A stretch of 64,000 nucleotides of DNA from a virus, in the IMG/VR virus record IMGVR_UViG_3300043470_000815, one strand, 5' to 3'. Positions 10,073 through 19,436 of the stretch are shown piece after piece (positions within the stretch are counted from its first letter, which is position 1; each line of letters opens with the position of its first letter). The position numbers and the translations under genes are program-made. The notes under the pieces are model-generated. The model searched no databases and had not been told where the DNA came from. It saw only the letters and a program-made list of their open reading frames with translations.

Positions 10073-10998
10073 AATTTGTTTATAAATTTTTGTGGTTCTG
10101 AATAATATGTTTTATACGAATTTTCAAAATCTATGAATGTTTGAAGTTCGTAAATCCAATAATCTTCCATAATTCCTTTAATGTGAAACTTTATTTTGTC
10201 TGAAAGTTTGAACATCATTGCGGGTCTTTTCCATTTTTTACTTTTTTGTATTTTTTCAAAATCAGTAAAAAGAACACTATACCTATAACGTCCCGGCAAC
10301 CTAGTAAACATACCTTTGTTTGGAACAAACGGAACACAACCTGCTTGTAATGCTAATGTATAAAGTTCAGTATTAATGTTCATATCTAAAGATGCACAAA
10401 AAACGATCTTACTTTCAGACATATATCTAAATAAATCAAATGAAGATAAATTTGGAATTGTCGATAAATCTATAAAATCATATTGTGGAAAATCTACCTT
10501 AAACTGTTCAACGAAAAAATATTGTTGCTTTTTATCCTGCGAATCATCAATAAATAATATTTGATCTTTTCGTTGTACGTTTAATTTTGGAAATCGAATA
10601 AGTGGTAATTTTAAATTAACAACATTTGGTCGATCACCATCAATCCATTTCGTATAAATCGCACCTGAATAATTTTTTCGTAGTTTTTTTCGTCGTACCC
10701 ATTTTTGCATATTATCATCAACAAACGTTATATATTTAGCCTTAACAGAAAAATCATTGAAATTTTCCCGATCTTCGACAATTATATAATCGGTTGGTTG
10801 TAATTTACCCATAACTTCATATTCATACAAAGTCATTACTTGTCTCTTCAAATATAATGCGTTGGAATTAGATATGGTAGATGGATTAATGTTAATAACT
10901 TCTACGTTTTCCAACTCCAACACACTATCCCAATAATCATATTTATACTTCATATAAATTGTATCCTTTTTATACGAAGGTAGTATGAAAATTCGCAT
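10060..10998 (-). CDS. divergent glycosyltransferase-like protein
   Basis: SKIVF...E.Y..ALQAGCVPFVP resembles a GT-B C-terminal motif but is degenerate. Confidence 0.4.
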   Translation of the reverse strand: MRIFILPSYKKDTIYMKYKYDYWDSVLELENVEVININPSTISNSNALYLKRQVMTLYEYEVMGKLQPTDYIIVEDRENFNDFSVKAKYITFVDDNMQKWVRRKKLRKNYSGAIYTKWIDGDRPNVVNLKLPLIRFPKLNVQRKDQILFIDDSQDKKQQYFFVEQFKVDFPQYDFIDLSTIPNLSSFDLFRYMSESKIVFCASLDMNINTELYTLALQAGCVPFVPNKGMFTRLPGRYRYSVLFTDFEKIQKSKKWKRPAMMFKLSDKIKFHIKGIMEDYWIYELQTFIDFENSYKTYYSEPQKFINKLCQI

Positions 10999-11195
10999 TA
11001 ATAAACCTTCAAAATCTTTGTTTCGGTAACACTGATAACCTCACGATCAATTCCATCGGCAGAAAATTCTTCTTTAACGACAATGGATTCGGCATCGGTT
11101 ACTGATACGGCATCGACTAAAAAGACTTCTGTTACCTTTTTGATTTTGCCTTTTTCATCTTCAATTTTTACTTTGACTTTAACTTGGTAATACAT
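10998..11195 (-). CDS. DUF4494 family protein
   Basis: YYQVKVK...E.G..KKVTE.FLVDA.S.T.AE pattern, as recalled for this Bacteroidota-associated family. Confidence 0.75.
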   Translation of the reverse strand: MYYQVKVKVKIEDEKGKIKKVTEVFLVDAVSVTDAESIVVKEEFSADGIDREVISVTETKILKVY

Positions 11196-11305
11196 ATTTT
11201 AAAATAATTTATAGAGTTTAAAAACTCCGGTTGTGAAATAATAATATTTATTAGGGTTGGATGTGGTTCGCCACACAATCCAAGTGTATGAAATAATTCT
11301 AACAT

Positions 11306-11950
11306 TTAATTATTCTTTTTTGCATATTCATTGTATTTATTTATTACATTTATCTCGTCTTTTACCTGTTCAAAAATTTCTTCATAAGAATTAGTACGAT
11401 TAAAATCCAAACATACCAATTGACATATTGTTTTAGGATCATCGGTTAAAAATTCACGTGAAATAACTTTTTTACCTTCTTTGACTGTTAAATAAACGCC
11501 TGAATGTAAAATTACTGATAATTGTGAATGTTTAGTTTCGCTTATTTTTCGTGTTGACCTTGAAACAATTGTAGCCATTAATAATTGATTACGTTCCCGA
11601 CCGCTGAATAATGAATTTTTAGGTACATGAAATATCCACTTTGCCCAATCCATGTTTTCTACTAAAATCAAGTCTAACTGAATAAAATAATCACCAATTG
11701 GAAATTTAACAGATATTTGATTAAATCCAGTCGTAATGACATATTCAACTCCGACACTATCCAAAAATTCTTTCATTTCAGTTAGGTTGGACTTTACAAT
11801 TAAATCAACATCGTTTGACGTTTTTTCGGAATTGAATGAACCAATAATTTGCCAATCAAATTGTCCAAAAACATTATAGATTTCATCATAAACTTCGGAT
11901 TTATTATCTTTTGGTATTTTAGAAATACCTTTTACTGCTTTACCACCCAT
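11306..11950 (-). CDS. Pol-beta superfamily nucleotidyltransferase-like protein
   Basis: MGG.A start, IIGS...SNDVDLIV (GS/DxD) and QLDLI third acidic strand. Confidence 0.65.
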   Translation of the reverse strand: MGGKAVKGISKIPKDNKSEVYDEIYNVFGQFDWQIIGSFNSEKTSNDVDLIVKSNLTEMKEFLDSVGVEYVITTGFNQISVKFPIGDYFIQLDLILVENMDWAKWIFHVPKNSLFSGRERNQLLMATIVSRSTRKISETKHSQLSVILHSGVYLTVKEGKKVISREFLTDDPKTICQLVCLDFNRTNSYEEIFEQVKDEINVINKYNEYAKKNN

Positions 11951-11955
11951 CCTAA

Positions 11956-12681
11956 TTAAATTTCAAGTTTAGAAACTAAGTACTTGGTATTCCACCCATC
12001 CCCTTGGAATGTTAATGTCAATAGACCAATATTAGACACTTCAAATTTGCCACTGGACGCATTTTTATTCGCAATGAATATGTCACGTACAACATCAGCG
12101 TTAAAACCCAAAGGATCGGAAATTTGACTAACTACTTCACCATCTACAACCATTTGAATGTGGTTGGTTGGGTTATCGCTGTAATTAATGATTAATTTAA
12201 TTTTATCACCGTCCGTTAAAACCGCAAAGATAACTGCATCTTTGACCGCGTTTTTAGATCGAATAAAACGATCCATTGTTTCACGATCCAGTTCAAATGA
12301 AACGTGTGTGTCGGGATACATTTTTTGGGGGGCGGGTTTTTCAAAGATTTTCAGGTTTAAGTCTGCGAGCATGAACTGAATATCAATAGCCGAATCGGAT
12401 AATTCTAAAGCAACTGGAGTATCACGTTCAACACGTAGTTTCATTTGAAATTCATTGTCAACGGCACTTAGAATCTTTGAAAGACTTTCCGTGTCGAAAA
12501 TACCAACCTCACATTCCTGTAAATCAAACATTTCAAATGTTCCACTCATGTAATATTGACCAACATCCTGACGGACTACAATTGATAATTGTTTTTCATC
12601 ATTTACAACCAGTCGAACTGAATTACAACGACCGCTAACTGAATATTTGGAAATAATGTCTAATAGTTTATTTTTTTGCAT
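11956..12681 (-). CDS. sliding clamp (T4 gp45-like)
   Basis: GIFDTE.L.KILS, F.LAD; 241 aa; next to clamp loader and PolB. Confidence 0.8.
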   Translation of the reverse strand: MQKNKLLDIISKYSVSGRCNSVRLVVNDEKQLSIVVRQDVGQYYMSGTFEMFDLQECEVGIFDTESLSKILSAVDNEFQMKLRVERDTPVALELSDSAIDIQFMLADLNLKIFEKPAPQKMYPDTHVSFELDRETMDRFIRSKNAVKDAVIFAVLTDGDKIKLIINYSDNPTNHIQMVVDGEVVSQISDPLGFNADVVRDIFIANKNASSGKFEVSNIGLLTLTFQGDGWNTKYLVSKLEI

Positions 12682-12713
12682 ATTTAAAATTTTAATTTTA
12701 ACCTTGTTATTTT

Positions 12714-12983
12714 TTATTTATTTTTTAATTGGTTTAATTTTTCATAACAACGTTCTAATGTCAATAATTGCCACGCCCAAACGCCAAAGGCATTACCACC
12801 GGGAATTGTTTCACAATTAAACATTGTATTTATTTTTCGTTTGAATAGTTCATATCCAGCATCGTAACCGTCATGGGTGTGTGTTTTTTTATAGATATAA
12901 TATTCACCGTCCATATATTGTTTGGTCAAAGTAAAACCCTTTAAACCTTTTGGACTTTTAATCGTGTCAGATAATAGTTTCAT
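12714..12983 (-). CDS. hypothetical protein
   Basis: 89 aa ORF; PGGNAFGVWAW motif. Confidence 0.6.
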   Translation of the reverse strand: MKLLSDTIKSPKGLKGFTLTKQYMDGEYYIYKKTHTHDGYDAGYELFKRKINTMFNCETIPGGNAFGVWAWQLLTLERCYEKLNQLKNK

Positions 12984-13305
12984 ATATATTTCCTACTTTA
13001 TTTACAATTTGATTGAATTTTGGATGAAATCTATAATGTGATTCACTTGAAAGTTTTTCAAAGCCTCCTACCTGTGTAACACGTGCAAGAAATATTTGTT
13101 CTTTTCGGCTTTTTGTTCCGCTTCCATGTGTACCAAATGGGACATTAACAATATCATTTTCATAAATTTCCTGACCATTTATTTCACCAATATATAAGTC
13201 GTATTTTAGGTCGGGCGGAAATTCATTTGAAATATCTAAGATCGGATAACATCGTTTATAGTTAGATTCCACCAATTTCCAACATCTAAATTTTACATTT
13301 TTCAT
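12967..13305 (-). CDS. YopX family protein
   Basis: VKFRCW, GQEIYENDIV, VGNIYE. Confidence 0.7.
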   Translation of the reverse strand: MKNVKFRCWKLVESNYKRCYPILDISNEFPPDLKYDLYIGEINGQEIYENDIVNVPFGTHGSGTKSRKEQIFLARVTQVGGFEKLSSESHYRFHPKFNQIVNKVGNIYETII

Positions 13306-13309
13306 ACTA

Positions 13310-13360
13310 ACAAGATATGTATTTTTTGTGAACTAAACAAGTGTATTAACATTTTATTCA
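13310..13360 (-). promoter_or_regulatory. promoter ACTTG-N20-TATCTTGT with proximal TTAAC half-site
   Basis: CAAGATA at 13311-17, CAAGT at 13338-42, TTAAC at 13346-50. Confidence 0.65.
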
Positions 13361-13392
13361 CATTATTAATGAGATCAAATTGAAAATTTGAT

Positions 13393-13848
13393 TTACCAAT
13401 CAAACGTGAACCCAACTATTTTATTTTCAATACAATGGTCAAAAATAATATCAATTATTTCATCTTTAGTTTTAAAGATTTTATCATCGGTATCATTCGA
13501 TTCACAAATAGGATATAGGGTGGTTGGATCATTTACTAATTCTTCATCGTAATTATCGTCAAAATAATCTTCTAAAAAATCCACAAATGTAACCTTTCTA
13601 TATCGTTCAAATGTATCTGTTATTATATTTCTAACAGTCGAAAAAGTTTTACCAGTTTTTTCATGTACCGATAATTCCAAAGTTTTTTCATATTCTTTAA
13701 ATGGATTACTGTAATACGGATCAAATTGAAATAGTCGTTCTTTTTGTAAAATCCTAAGTTTTTCTAACTTATCAATTGTTGGATCGCTGATAATTTCATT
13801 AATCCGTTCTTTTTGTAATTCCGCGATTTGTTGTTTTATATTATTCAT
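13393..13848 (-). CDS. hypothetical protein
   Basis: 151 aa ORF. Confidence 0.6.
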   Translation of the reverse strand: MNNIKQQIAELQKERINEIISDPTIDKLEKLRILQKERLFQFDPYYSNPFKEYEKTLELSVHEKTGKTFSTVRNIITDTFERYRKVTFVDFLEDYFDDNYDEELVNDPTTLYPICESNDTDDKIFKTKDEIIDIIFDHCIENKIVGFTFDW

Positions 13849-13988
13849 TTTATTTTAAAATTCCTAAAAAAGTTAATTATGTCTTTAATTGCCCACCAAC
13901 CAGTTTTGAATAACCAGTATAACACAAATAAGATAAGTGTTAATCTCATAACGGTAAATTGGCCTAATTCAGTATAAGTGTAATTCAT
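13845..13988 (-). CDS. small membrane protein (47 aa, not in ORF track)
   Basis: MNYTYTELGQFTVMRLTLILFVLYWLFKTGWWAIKD...; ATGA overlap with next gene. Confidence 0.5.
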   Translation of the reverse strand: MNYTYTELGQFTVMRLTLILFVLYWLFKTGWWAIKDIINFFRNFKIK

Positions 13989-13989
13989 A

Positions 13990-14043
13990 CAAGTAATATC
14001 GGTTAAATTTTTGAATTTTACAAGTGTATTAACATATAGTTAA
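13990..14043 (-). promoter_or_regulatory. promoter with perfect TTAAC-N5-GTTAA palindrome and ACTTG box
   Basis: TTAACATATAGTTAA at 14029-43, CAAGT at 14021-25; -7 box imperfect. Confidence 0.55.
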
Positions 14044-14238
14044 CTTATAATCGCTATCATCATCGGTTGATAGGTTTAATCTAGTTTTACATTTTGGGCA
14101 TTTGAACTCGTGTGGGAGTTCATCTTGTTTCCACCAAATATTTGTATCCGAAACGAATGAATCACAGTTGGGACAAACGAAATCAAATGTTCCCAAATCA
14201 CAACTGTAATCATCGCAATGTCTAATAAATTCTGCCAT
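14029..14238 (-). CDS. zinc-finger hypothetical protein
   Basis: CPNC...CPKC. Confidence 0.6.
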   Translation of the reverse strand: MAEFIRHCDDYSCDLGTFDFVCPNCDSFVSDTNIWWKQDELPHEFKCPKCKTRLNLSTDDDSDYKLTIC

Positions 14239-14244
14239 ATAATT

Positions 14245-14442
14245 TTATTCAAAATGTTTAATATATTCAGTCATATCTAATTTTAATGTTGACCGATATA
14301 ATCTTGTATAAAATTCACTTTCCGTAATCAGTTCTTCGTAAAAAGAATATTGATAATTGGTTCTATCCCACCCATCAGGGTCTAAAATTTTATGGTTAGT
14401 ATTTTTTAACCATTCATCGGAGGTTTTTAATATATTTTCCAT
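14245..14442 (-). CDS. hypothetical protein
   Basis: 65 aa ORF; ILDPDGWDR motif. Confidence 0.6.
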   Translation of the reverse strand: MENILKTSDEWLKNTNHKILDPDGWDRTNYQYSFYEELITESEFYTRLYRSTLKLDMTEYIKHFE

Positions 14443-14443
14443 T

Positions 14444-17400
14444 CTAAAAAAAGTTATTTTGTTCTGTTAATTGTACTTTATCCCACCCCAAGTCATACCA
14501 AATAGTATCTAACTTAGATATTAATGAAGTTTCAAATACTTTATCTTTGTCCATATATTGTTCTACGAATTTTACAATTCTTGGATCATCTTCACCTTGT
14601 CCTTTTAATGCAATTGTTTCAAATCCATACGAATTTTGCTTGACATACGCATATAAAATTTTATCACCATCAACAATAGGCGAAACATCATCAATATTGA
14701 AAAGTGTTAATAATTGATTATAGTTTTGAGCAGATTTTACGTGAATCGGTGTTCCTTTTTGATTATATTCAAACTTGGAAATTTCCTTAACGCTGCTTGG
14801 TAACATTATATCAAAAATTGAATTTGTCTTATAAATTCGCTTGAAATCGCGTACTGTTTGATTTAATTCATCAACGTCTTTGTCATGTAAAATATCAACA
14901 ATAAGTTCTTTCATTATTTTGCGGAATGATTTCGGGAACGATGAACGCACCACATCAAAACCTTTAATGTCCACTTTTTCTTTAACTTCACCATTGACAA
15001 TTTCAACTGATAATTGTGCGTATCGTTTTTTGGCTTGTCCCCAAAATGCACGTTTTGACACTTTTTCTTCGTTGAACTTTAACCGATTATTGTTAGAATG
15101 AAAACAATGGGTAGTGAACCATTTAATTGATTTATTTATAAATTGTGTAACGTCGTTAGATACTTTTTCGGCTGCTAAAATACATTCGATGTCGGTTAAA
15201 CTATCTATCTTTTCGATTAAGGGTTTAGCATCAAGATAGCACGAATTATGTACCAAAATATTATTAGCGAAAAACGTGTGTGGTGTATCAACCATCCCAA
15301 CATCATACATTTCAGATACTTCAAATGGAAGTTCTTCAATTTCAACTATTTCATCAAGAAATTTGTCAAGGTTTGAATTAAACGCTATAATTGTATCACC
15401 CACCCAAAGATTCTTACTTAAAGTTTTGGTCACGTTTCCATCCAAATCACTAAGCATGATGGAATGATCTTCACTGACAATTATTTCTTTTCCCGATTTA
15501 GTTTTTATTTTAAATCGTTTTTTACGAACATTATGTTTTTCTATATATTTGACAAAACCGTATTTAATATCTTTAGTTGTTTCATCATAATACGGGAATT
15601 TACAGTTTTCAGGGAATGTAAATTCTTTACCCAATGGATCAATATATAACGACGTATTAGAATATTCATCAAATAGCGTTTGAATAGATTTATATTCACC
15701 ATTTTCTAATCTTACAACCGATTCACCTGCCACCGAATCCGAATCTTGATATACAACACAATTTGTTTTATATTGATCTTTTAGTTTATTTTTATAATAC
15801 AAATTGATTATAAAGTCTGAAAACTTAATCACACTTTGACCCGACAAAGTAACACTTTCCCCCGACAACCTAGAATAATACCTAAAGGATGGTAATAACA
15901 AAACACCATAAAGACTGTTCAGCAAGATTTTGGTTATCAACTGTTTACGATCTAAATCAGCGTATTCAATTGAACCTTCTTTGTAGTCTTTCATTCGATT
16001 TTTATACAAAATACGTTCGTTAAACCACTCCTCCAGTATTTCGGGAATAATACCTTTGGTTCGTGTATCAAAAATTACACCAGCCGATGATATAGACGCA
16101 TCATATTTTCCAACAAAATCAATAAATTCAGTTTTATTTAATTTTAATATGTTATCGGTTGGTTGTCCGTATTTTATTTCATTAACTTCTAATATTGCGT
16201 CGTCTGCTAAATATCCAAAATTTTCAATTGATTTTAAATCATTAGACAGTTTGGATGGAAAATGTAGTTGATCCCAATTATTAATTACACCGATCTGCAT
16301 TTCTATACTATTATTCTGTGTAATGATTAGATTCGGATATAAACTTTGTAAGTCAATCGAATAAACCCAACTATGTTTTCCTACCTTGGGTGGTTTGACG
16401 AATGCTCCTTGAGCCTTTCCCGAACTAACAATTATTTTATTTTTTAATGACTTTTTCTGTTTTTTTAACAGATATGAACCAATTTCTTCATATACCTGTT
16501 CGATAAAATCAAAAATATAAATTTTCGCTTTATCTTTTATCGTTTTTAAAATTTTATCAACTGAAATGAACGCACTTTTAACTTTCACAAAAACTTCATC
16601 AGTTCGCATTTCGTAATCTGTCATTTTATTCAGATTACTAATCGTCACTAAACCTTTACGCTTGCATCGGGTAGCAATTGCACCATCCAAGTAACGGCTG
16701 GAAAATTGATAATCATCATAGGGTACGTGTCCTTTGTGGCATATACCGCGAGCAATGGCGATTAAATCCATTTTCTTATCCAATGCAACCATCAACTCCA
16801 CGTCGGTAACGTTGTACGCTATAAAGGCATTTATATCGTTTTTATAAAGTTCATCAAGTGTTCCTGTATATTGGACTTTTCCACGCCCAAGTTCCTTTTT
16901 GGCAATTGAATCCAACGAATAAGAACTTTCTTCATTGTATGTGAATTTTTTATACAATTGAAGATAATCCATCTGCGAAACACCTGCGATTTTAATAAAT
17001 GTTTCTTTTCCAACCTGCCTATTTTCGACTATCCCGATTGGACTTAATTTTTTAGCATAAGTCCATCCAAGCACGTTTTTTAACCGATTAACCAAATACG
17101 GAATATCAAAATAGTCACCATTGTAAGCAGAAACAATCGTTGGTTTAATTTTATTCCAGCGTGAAAGAAAATCCATTAACAGTTTTTCTTCTGTTTGGAA
17201 TGTAACTACATTAACGTCGCTATTGGTCTTTATTTTGTGTTCTTTATCCAGCAGTAGAACATAATACTTTTCATCGAAATAATAGGCAATAGATGTGATT
17301 GTATTCAAAGCCTCGGTTGGTGTTGAATATCGTTTACCCTTTTCAATTTCAATGTCAAAAAATAAAATATTATGTTGGGTGGAAGGTTCGTCACTTTCGT

Positions 17401-17656
17401 AATAACGATCAATTAAAACACGTGTTGCAATTGGAATGTCATGTTCAAATATTTGACCTTCTTTTTCCCGTTGTTTATCCCAATCGTAAACTTTTGTAAC
17501 ATTCCGACCTGTTAGGGTTTTATATGTTCCTTCGTCGTCTAATTGATATGCGTATGGTTCATATCTAAACTTTTCATATAAAGATTCACCATGTAGTCCA
17601 TCTGACCACAAATGACACATATTATCTTTACGATTAAAAAAGAAGTTTTTGTACAT
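14444..17656 (-). CDS. polB: family B DNA polymerase (T4 gp43-like) containing an intein
   Basis: exonuclease FFDIE, YNGDYFDIPY, YNVTD; motif A DLQSLYP; motif B KILLNSLYG; motif C YQDSD-[intein]-SCY; KKRYA. Confidence 0.95.
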   Translation of the reverse strand: MYKNFFFNRKDNMCHLWSDGLHGESLYEKFRYEPYAYQLDDEGTYKTLTGRNVTKVYDWDKQREKEGQIFEHDIPIATRVLIDRYYESDEPSTQHNILFFDIEIEKGKRYSTPTEALNTITSIAYYFDEKYYVLLLDKEHKIKTNSDVNVVTFQTEEKLLMDFLSRWNKIKPTIVSAYNGDYFDIPYLVNRLKNVLGWTYAKKLSPIGIVENRQVGKETFIKIAGVSQMDYLQLYKKFTYNEESSYSLDSIAKKELGRGKVQYTGTLDELYKNDINAFIAYNVTDVELMVALDKKMDLIAIARGICHKGHVPYDDYQFSSRYLDGAIATRCKRKGLVTISNLNKMTDYEMRTDEVFVKVKSAFISVDKILKTIKDKAKIYIFDFIEQVYEEIGSYLLKKQKKSLKNKIIVSSGKAQGAFVKPPKVGKHSWVYSIDLQSLYPNLIITQNNSIEMQIGVINNWDQLHFPSKLSNDLKSIENFGYLADDAILEVNEIKYGQPTDNILKLNKTEFIDFVGKYDASISSAGVIFDTRTKGIIPEILEEWFNERILYKNRMKDYKEGSIEYADLDRKQLITKILLNSLYGVLLLPSFRYYSRLSGESVTLSGQSVIKFSDFIINLYYKNKLKDQYKTNCVVYQDSDSVAGESVVRLENGEYKSIQTLFDEYSNTSLYIDPLGKEFTFPENCKFPYYDETTKDIKYGFVKYIEKHNVRKKRFKIKTKSGKEIIVSEDHSIMLSDLDGNVTKTLSKNLWVGDTIIAFNSNLDKFLDEIVEIEELPFEVSEMYDVGMVDTPHTFFANNILVHNSCYLDAKPLIEKIDSLTDIECILAAEKVSNDVTQFINKSIKWFTTHCFHSNNNRLKFNEEKVSKRAFWGQAKKRYAQLSVEIVNGEVKEKVDIKGFDVVRSSFPKSFRKIMKELIVDILHDKDVDELNQTVRDFKRIYKTNSIFDIMLPSSVKEISKFEYNQKGTPIHVKSAQNYNQLLTLFNIDDVSPIVDGDKILYAYVKQNSYGFETIALKGQGEDDPRIVKFVEQYMDKDKVFETSLISKLDTIWYDLGWDKVQLTEQNNFF
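15245..15736 (-). mobile_element. mini-intein (164 aa, no homing endonuclease) in PolB motif C
   Basis: starts SVAGES, block B SEDHS, ends MYDVG...FFANNILVHN, +1 Ser. Confidence 0.92.
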
Positions 17657-17671
17657 TAATTGTTAAATTAT

Positions 17672-17983
17672 TTAAAAGAAAATATTTGTATTTGTTTCGG
17701 TAATAGTTTCAATTTTTATGTTTAATCCGTATGGGTTGGATGTTTCTCGAAACTTTTCTAATGTATATGATGGATCGTTATAGTTTCGATTACCGATAGT
17801 ATATTGACCATTATATAAATGCTTATCTTGGAAGGTTGGCATTTCTTTTTTATAAGTTTTCATATCAACATTACTTTCCTGCTGCAATTTTAATTGCTTT
17901 AGGTATTTTTCAACTTCGACATCATTACCAATAAAAACATTATTTACAAAACCTGTAACTGTTACTTTTATTTTTTTATTCAT
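17672..17983 (-). CDS. hypothetical protein with C-terminal NIFF tail
   Basis: 103 aa ORF between PolB and the MTases. Confidence 0.55.
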   Translation of the reverse strand: MNKKIKVTVTGFVNNVFIGNDVEVEKYLKQLKLQQESNVDMKTYKKEMPTFQDKHLYNGQYTIGNRNYNDPSYTLEKFRETSNPYGLNIKIETITETNTNIFF

Positions 17984-17986
17984 CTT

Positions 17987-18670
17987 TTAAAAAAATTTAT
18001 TATTTATTGTATTTTTAACCCGATCATTCCCGATTTTAAAATATTCATCGGACAATTCACAACTTACACAATTTCGATTTAAACTTCTTGCAGCCAACCA
18101 AGTCGAAAAAGAACCACCAAACGGATCAAATATTAATTCATTTTCACTTGAAATAGACATTATTAATTTTTGTAATAGTCCAATTGGCTTTTCGTTTGGA
18201 TGAATTAGTTTATCAGCACTAACACGATTTACACGGATTAGGGTGGTTGGGCGTTTGTCTTTAAATTCGTAACGTCCTTTTGTGGCATAAATAATTGACT
18301 CGTGTTGGGGAGCAAATTCACCTTTTAAATCGCCCATCCCGTGTATTCCTTTATCCCAAATTATTTGCGATTTTACAGTAAATCCAGCGTCGATTATTTC
18401 ATTTAGAAATTCATTTTGAACGTCCCAACGGTAGAAACATAACAAACGTCCTCCGTCTTTCATTTTTGGAAATAATGGTTTAATCCAGTCAGTAAATGGA
18501 CGTTCATCGTTTAGGATTTTAGGCTTTTGTACACCCGTGGCCGATGGTCGGCCACTTTGGAAGTCGATACCATACGGCGGATCAGTTAAACAAACATCAA
18601 TAGATTCATTTTCAAATTGATTGATTACGTTTAGACAATCGTCGTGGATTATTTTGGAAATTATATCCAT
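17987..18670 (-). CDS. DNA amino-methyltransferase (N6A/N4C, beta class)
   Basis: TDPPYG ... HPNEKP ... DPFGGSFST. Confidence 0.92.
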   Translation of the reverse strand: MDIISKIIHDDCLNVINQFENESIDVCLTDPPYGIDFQSGRPSATGVQKPKILNDERPFTDWIKPLFPKMKDGGRLLCFYRWDVQNEFLNEIIDAGFTVKSQIIWDKGIHGMGDLKGEFAPQHESIIYATKGRYEFKDKRPTTLIRVNRVSADKLIHPNEKPIGLLQKLIMSISSENELIFDPFGGSFSTWLAARSLNRNCVSCELSDEYFKIGNDRVKNTINNKFF

Positions 18671-19419
18671 TATTTATCAATAACAACTATACATGATTCA
18701 ATCATTGTTCCACTTTCTTTAAACGCACCTTTTTGAATCGGATAAATTGACGCATCAATATTTTCCAACCACCCACGAAATATAGTTTCCTTTTTATTTG
18801 AAGATTGTTTCCAATGTGTTGACATTATAGAAACCAACCTACCACCCGTATTTAACGATTCGTACATTTTATAAACGTGGTCAATGTCTTGATTTTTACT
18901 AAATGGTGGATTTGCAATGATTCGGTCAAATAATGCAGAACCTTCAATCCATTCCACCGATAAAAAATTATTACCAATATGCTGTGCGGTTGGAATTTTT
19001 TCTAAAAATGTTCGGTTAATATCCATTAATTCAAAATAATCAACGTTCAAGGTAGGAAATTTTCGATTAATTGCATGTATAATCGCTCCTTGTCCGGCGG
19101 ATGGTTCTAATATCATTTGTCCTGCATTTTCGTCAATTTCCGCTAATTCGACTAAGTAATCAGCAATTTCAGATGGTGTTGCAAAGAATTGAAATTCTTT
19201 TTTAAGATTACGTTTTTCACCCGATGCGATTTGTTCTAAAAGGTCGGATGGATCACTTTTAAAAACAAAGCCTTGAATTTTACCACTTTTCCACTCCCCG
19301 CCAATTAATTCCAATGATTTTTTGACTTCTGTATAAACTTTTCTGTCCAATTGGGTGGGAGGTAAATATACAATATTATTTTTAACTGTACAATTTTTTA
19401 ATGTTTCTAATGCTGTCAT
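18670..19419 (-). CDS. SAM-dependent DNA adenine methyltransferase-like (gamma order)
   Basis: QFFATP, LEPSAGQG, IIANPPF. Confidence 0.85.
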   Translation of the reverse strand: MTALETLKNCTVKNNIVYLPPTQLDRKVYTEVKKSLELIGGEWKSGKIQGFVFKSDPSDLLEQIASGEKRNLKKEFQFFATPSEIADYLVELAEIDENAGQMILEPSAGQGAIIHAINRKFPTLNVDYFELMDINRTFLEKIPTAQHIGNNFLSVEWIEGSALFDRIIANPPFSKNQDIDHVYKMYESLNTGGRLVSIMSTHWKQSSNKKETIFRGWLENIDASIYPIQKGAFKESGTMIESCIVVIDK

Positions 19420-19436
19420 TTATTTTTTTTTAAATT

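Noticed and set aside
6460-13381. Repeated GAGATCAAATT at about 6460 and 13371
   Set aside because: Only two copies, with no consistent spacing to starts or promoter boxes.
16410-16620. Group I intron or second intein in PolB
   Set aside because: The frame is open, AT-rich and coding-like, with no P7 elements and no C/S...HN splice motifs.
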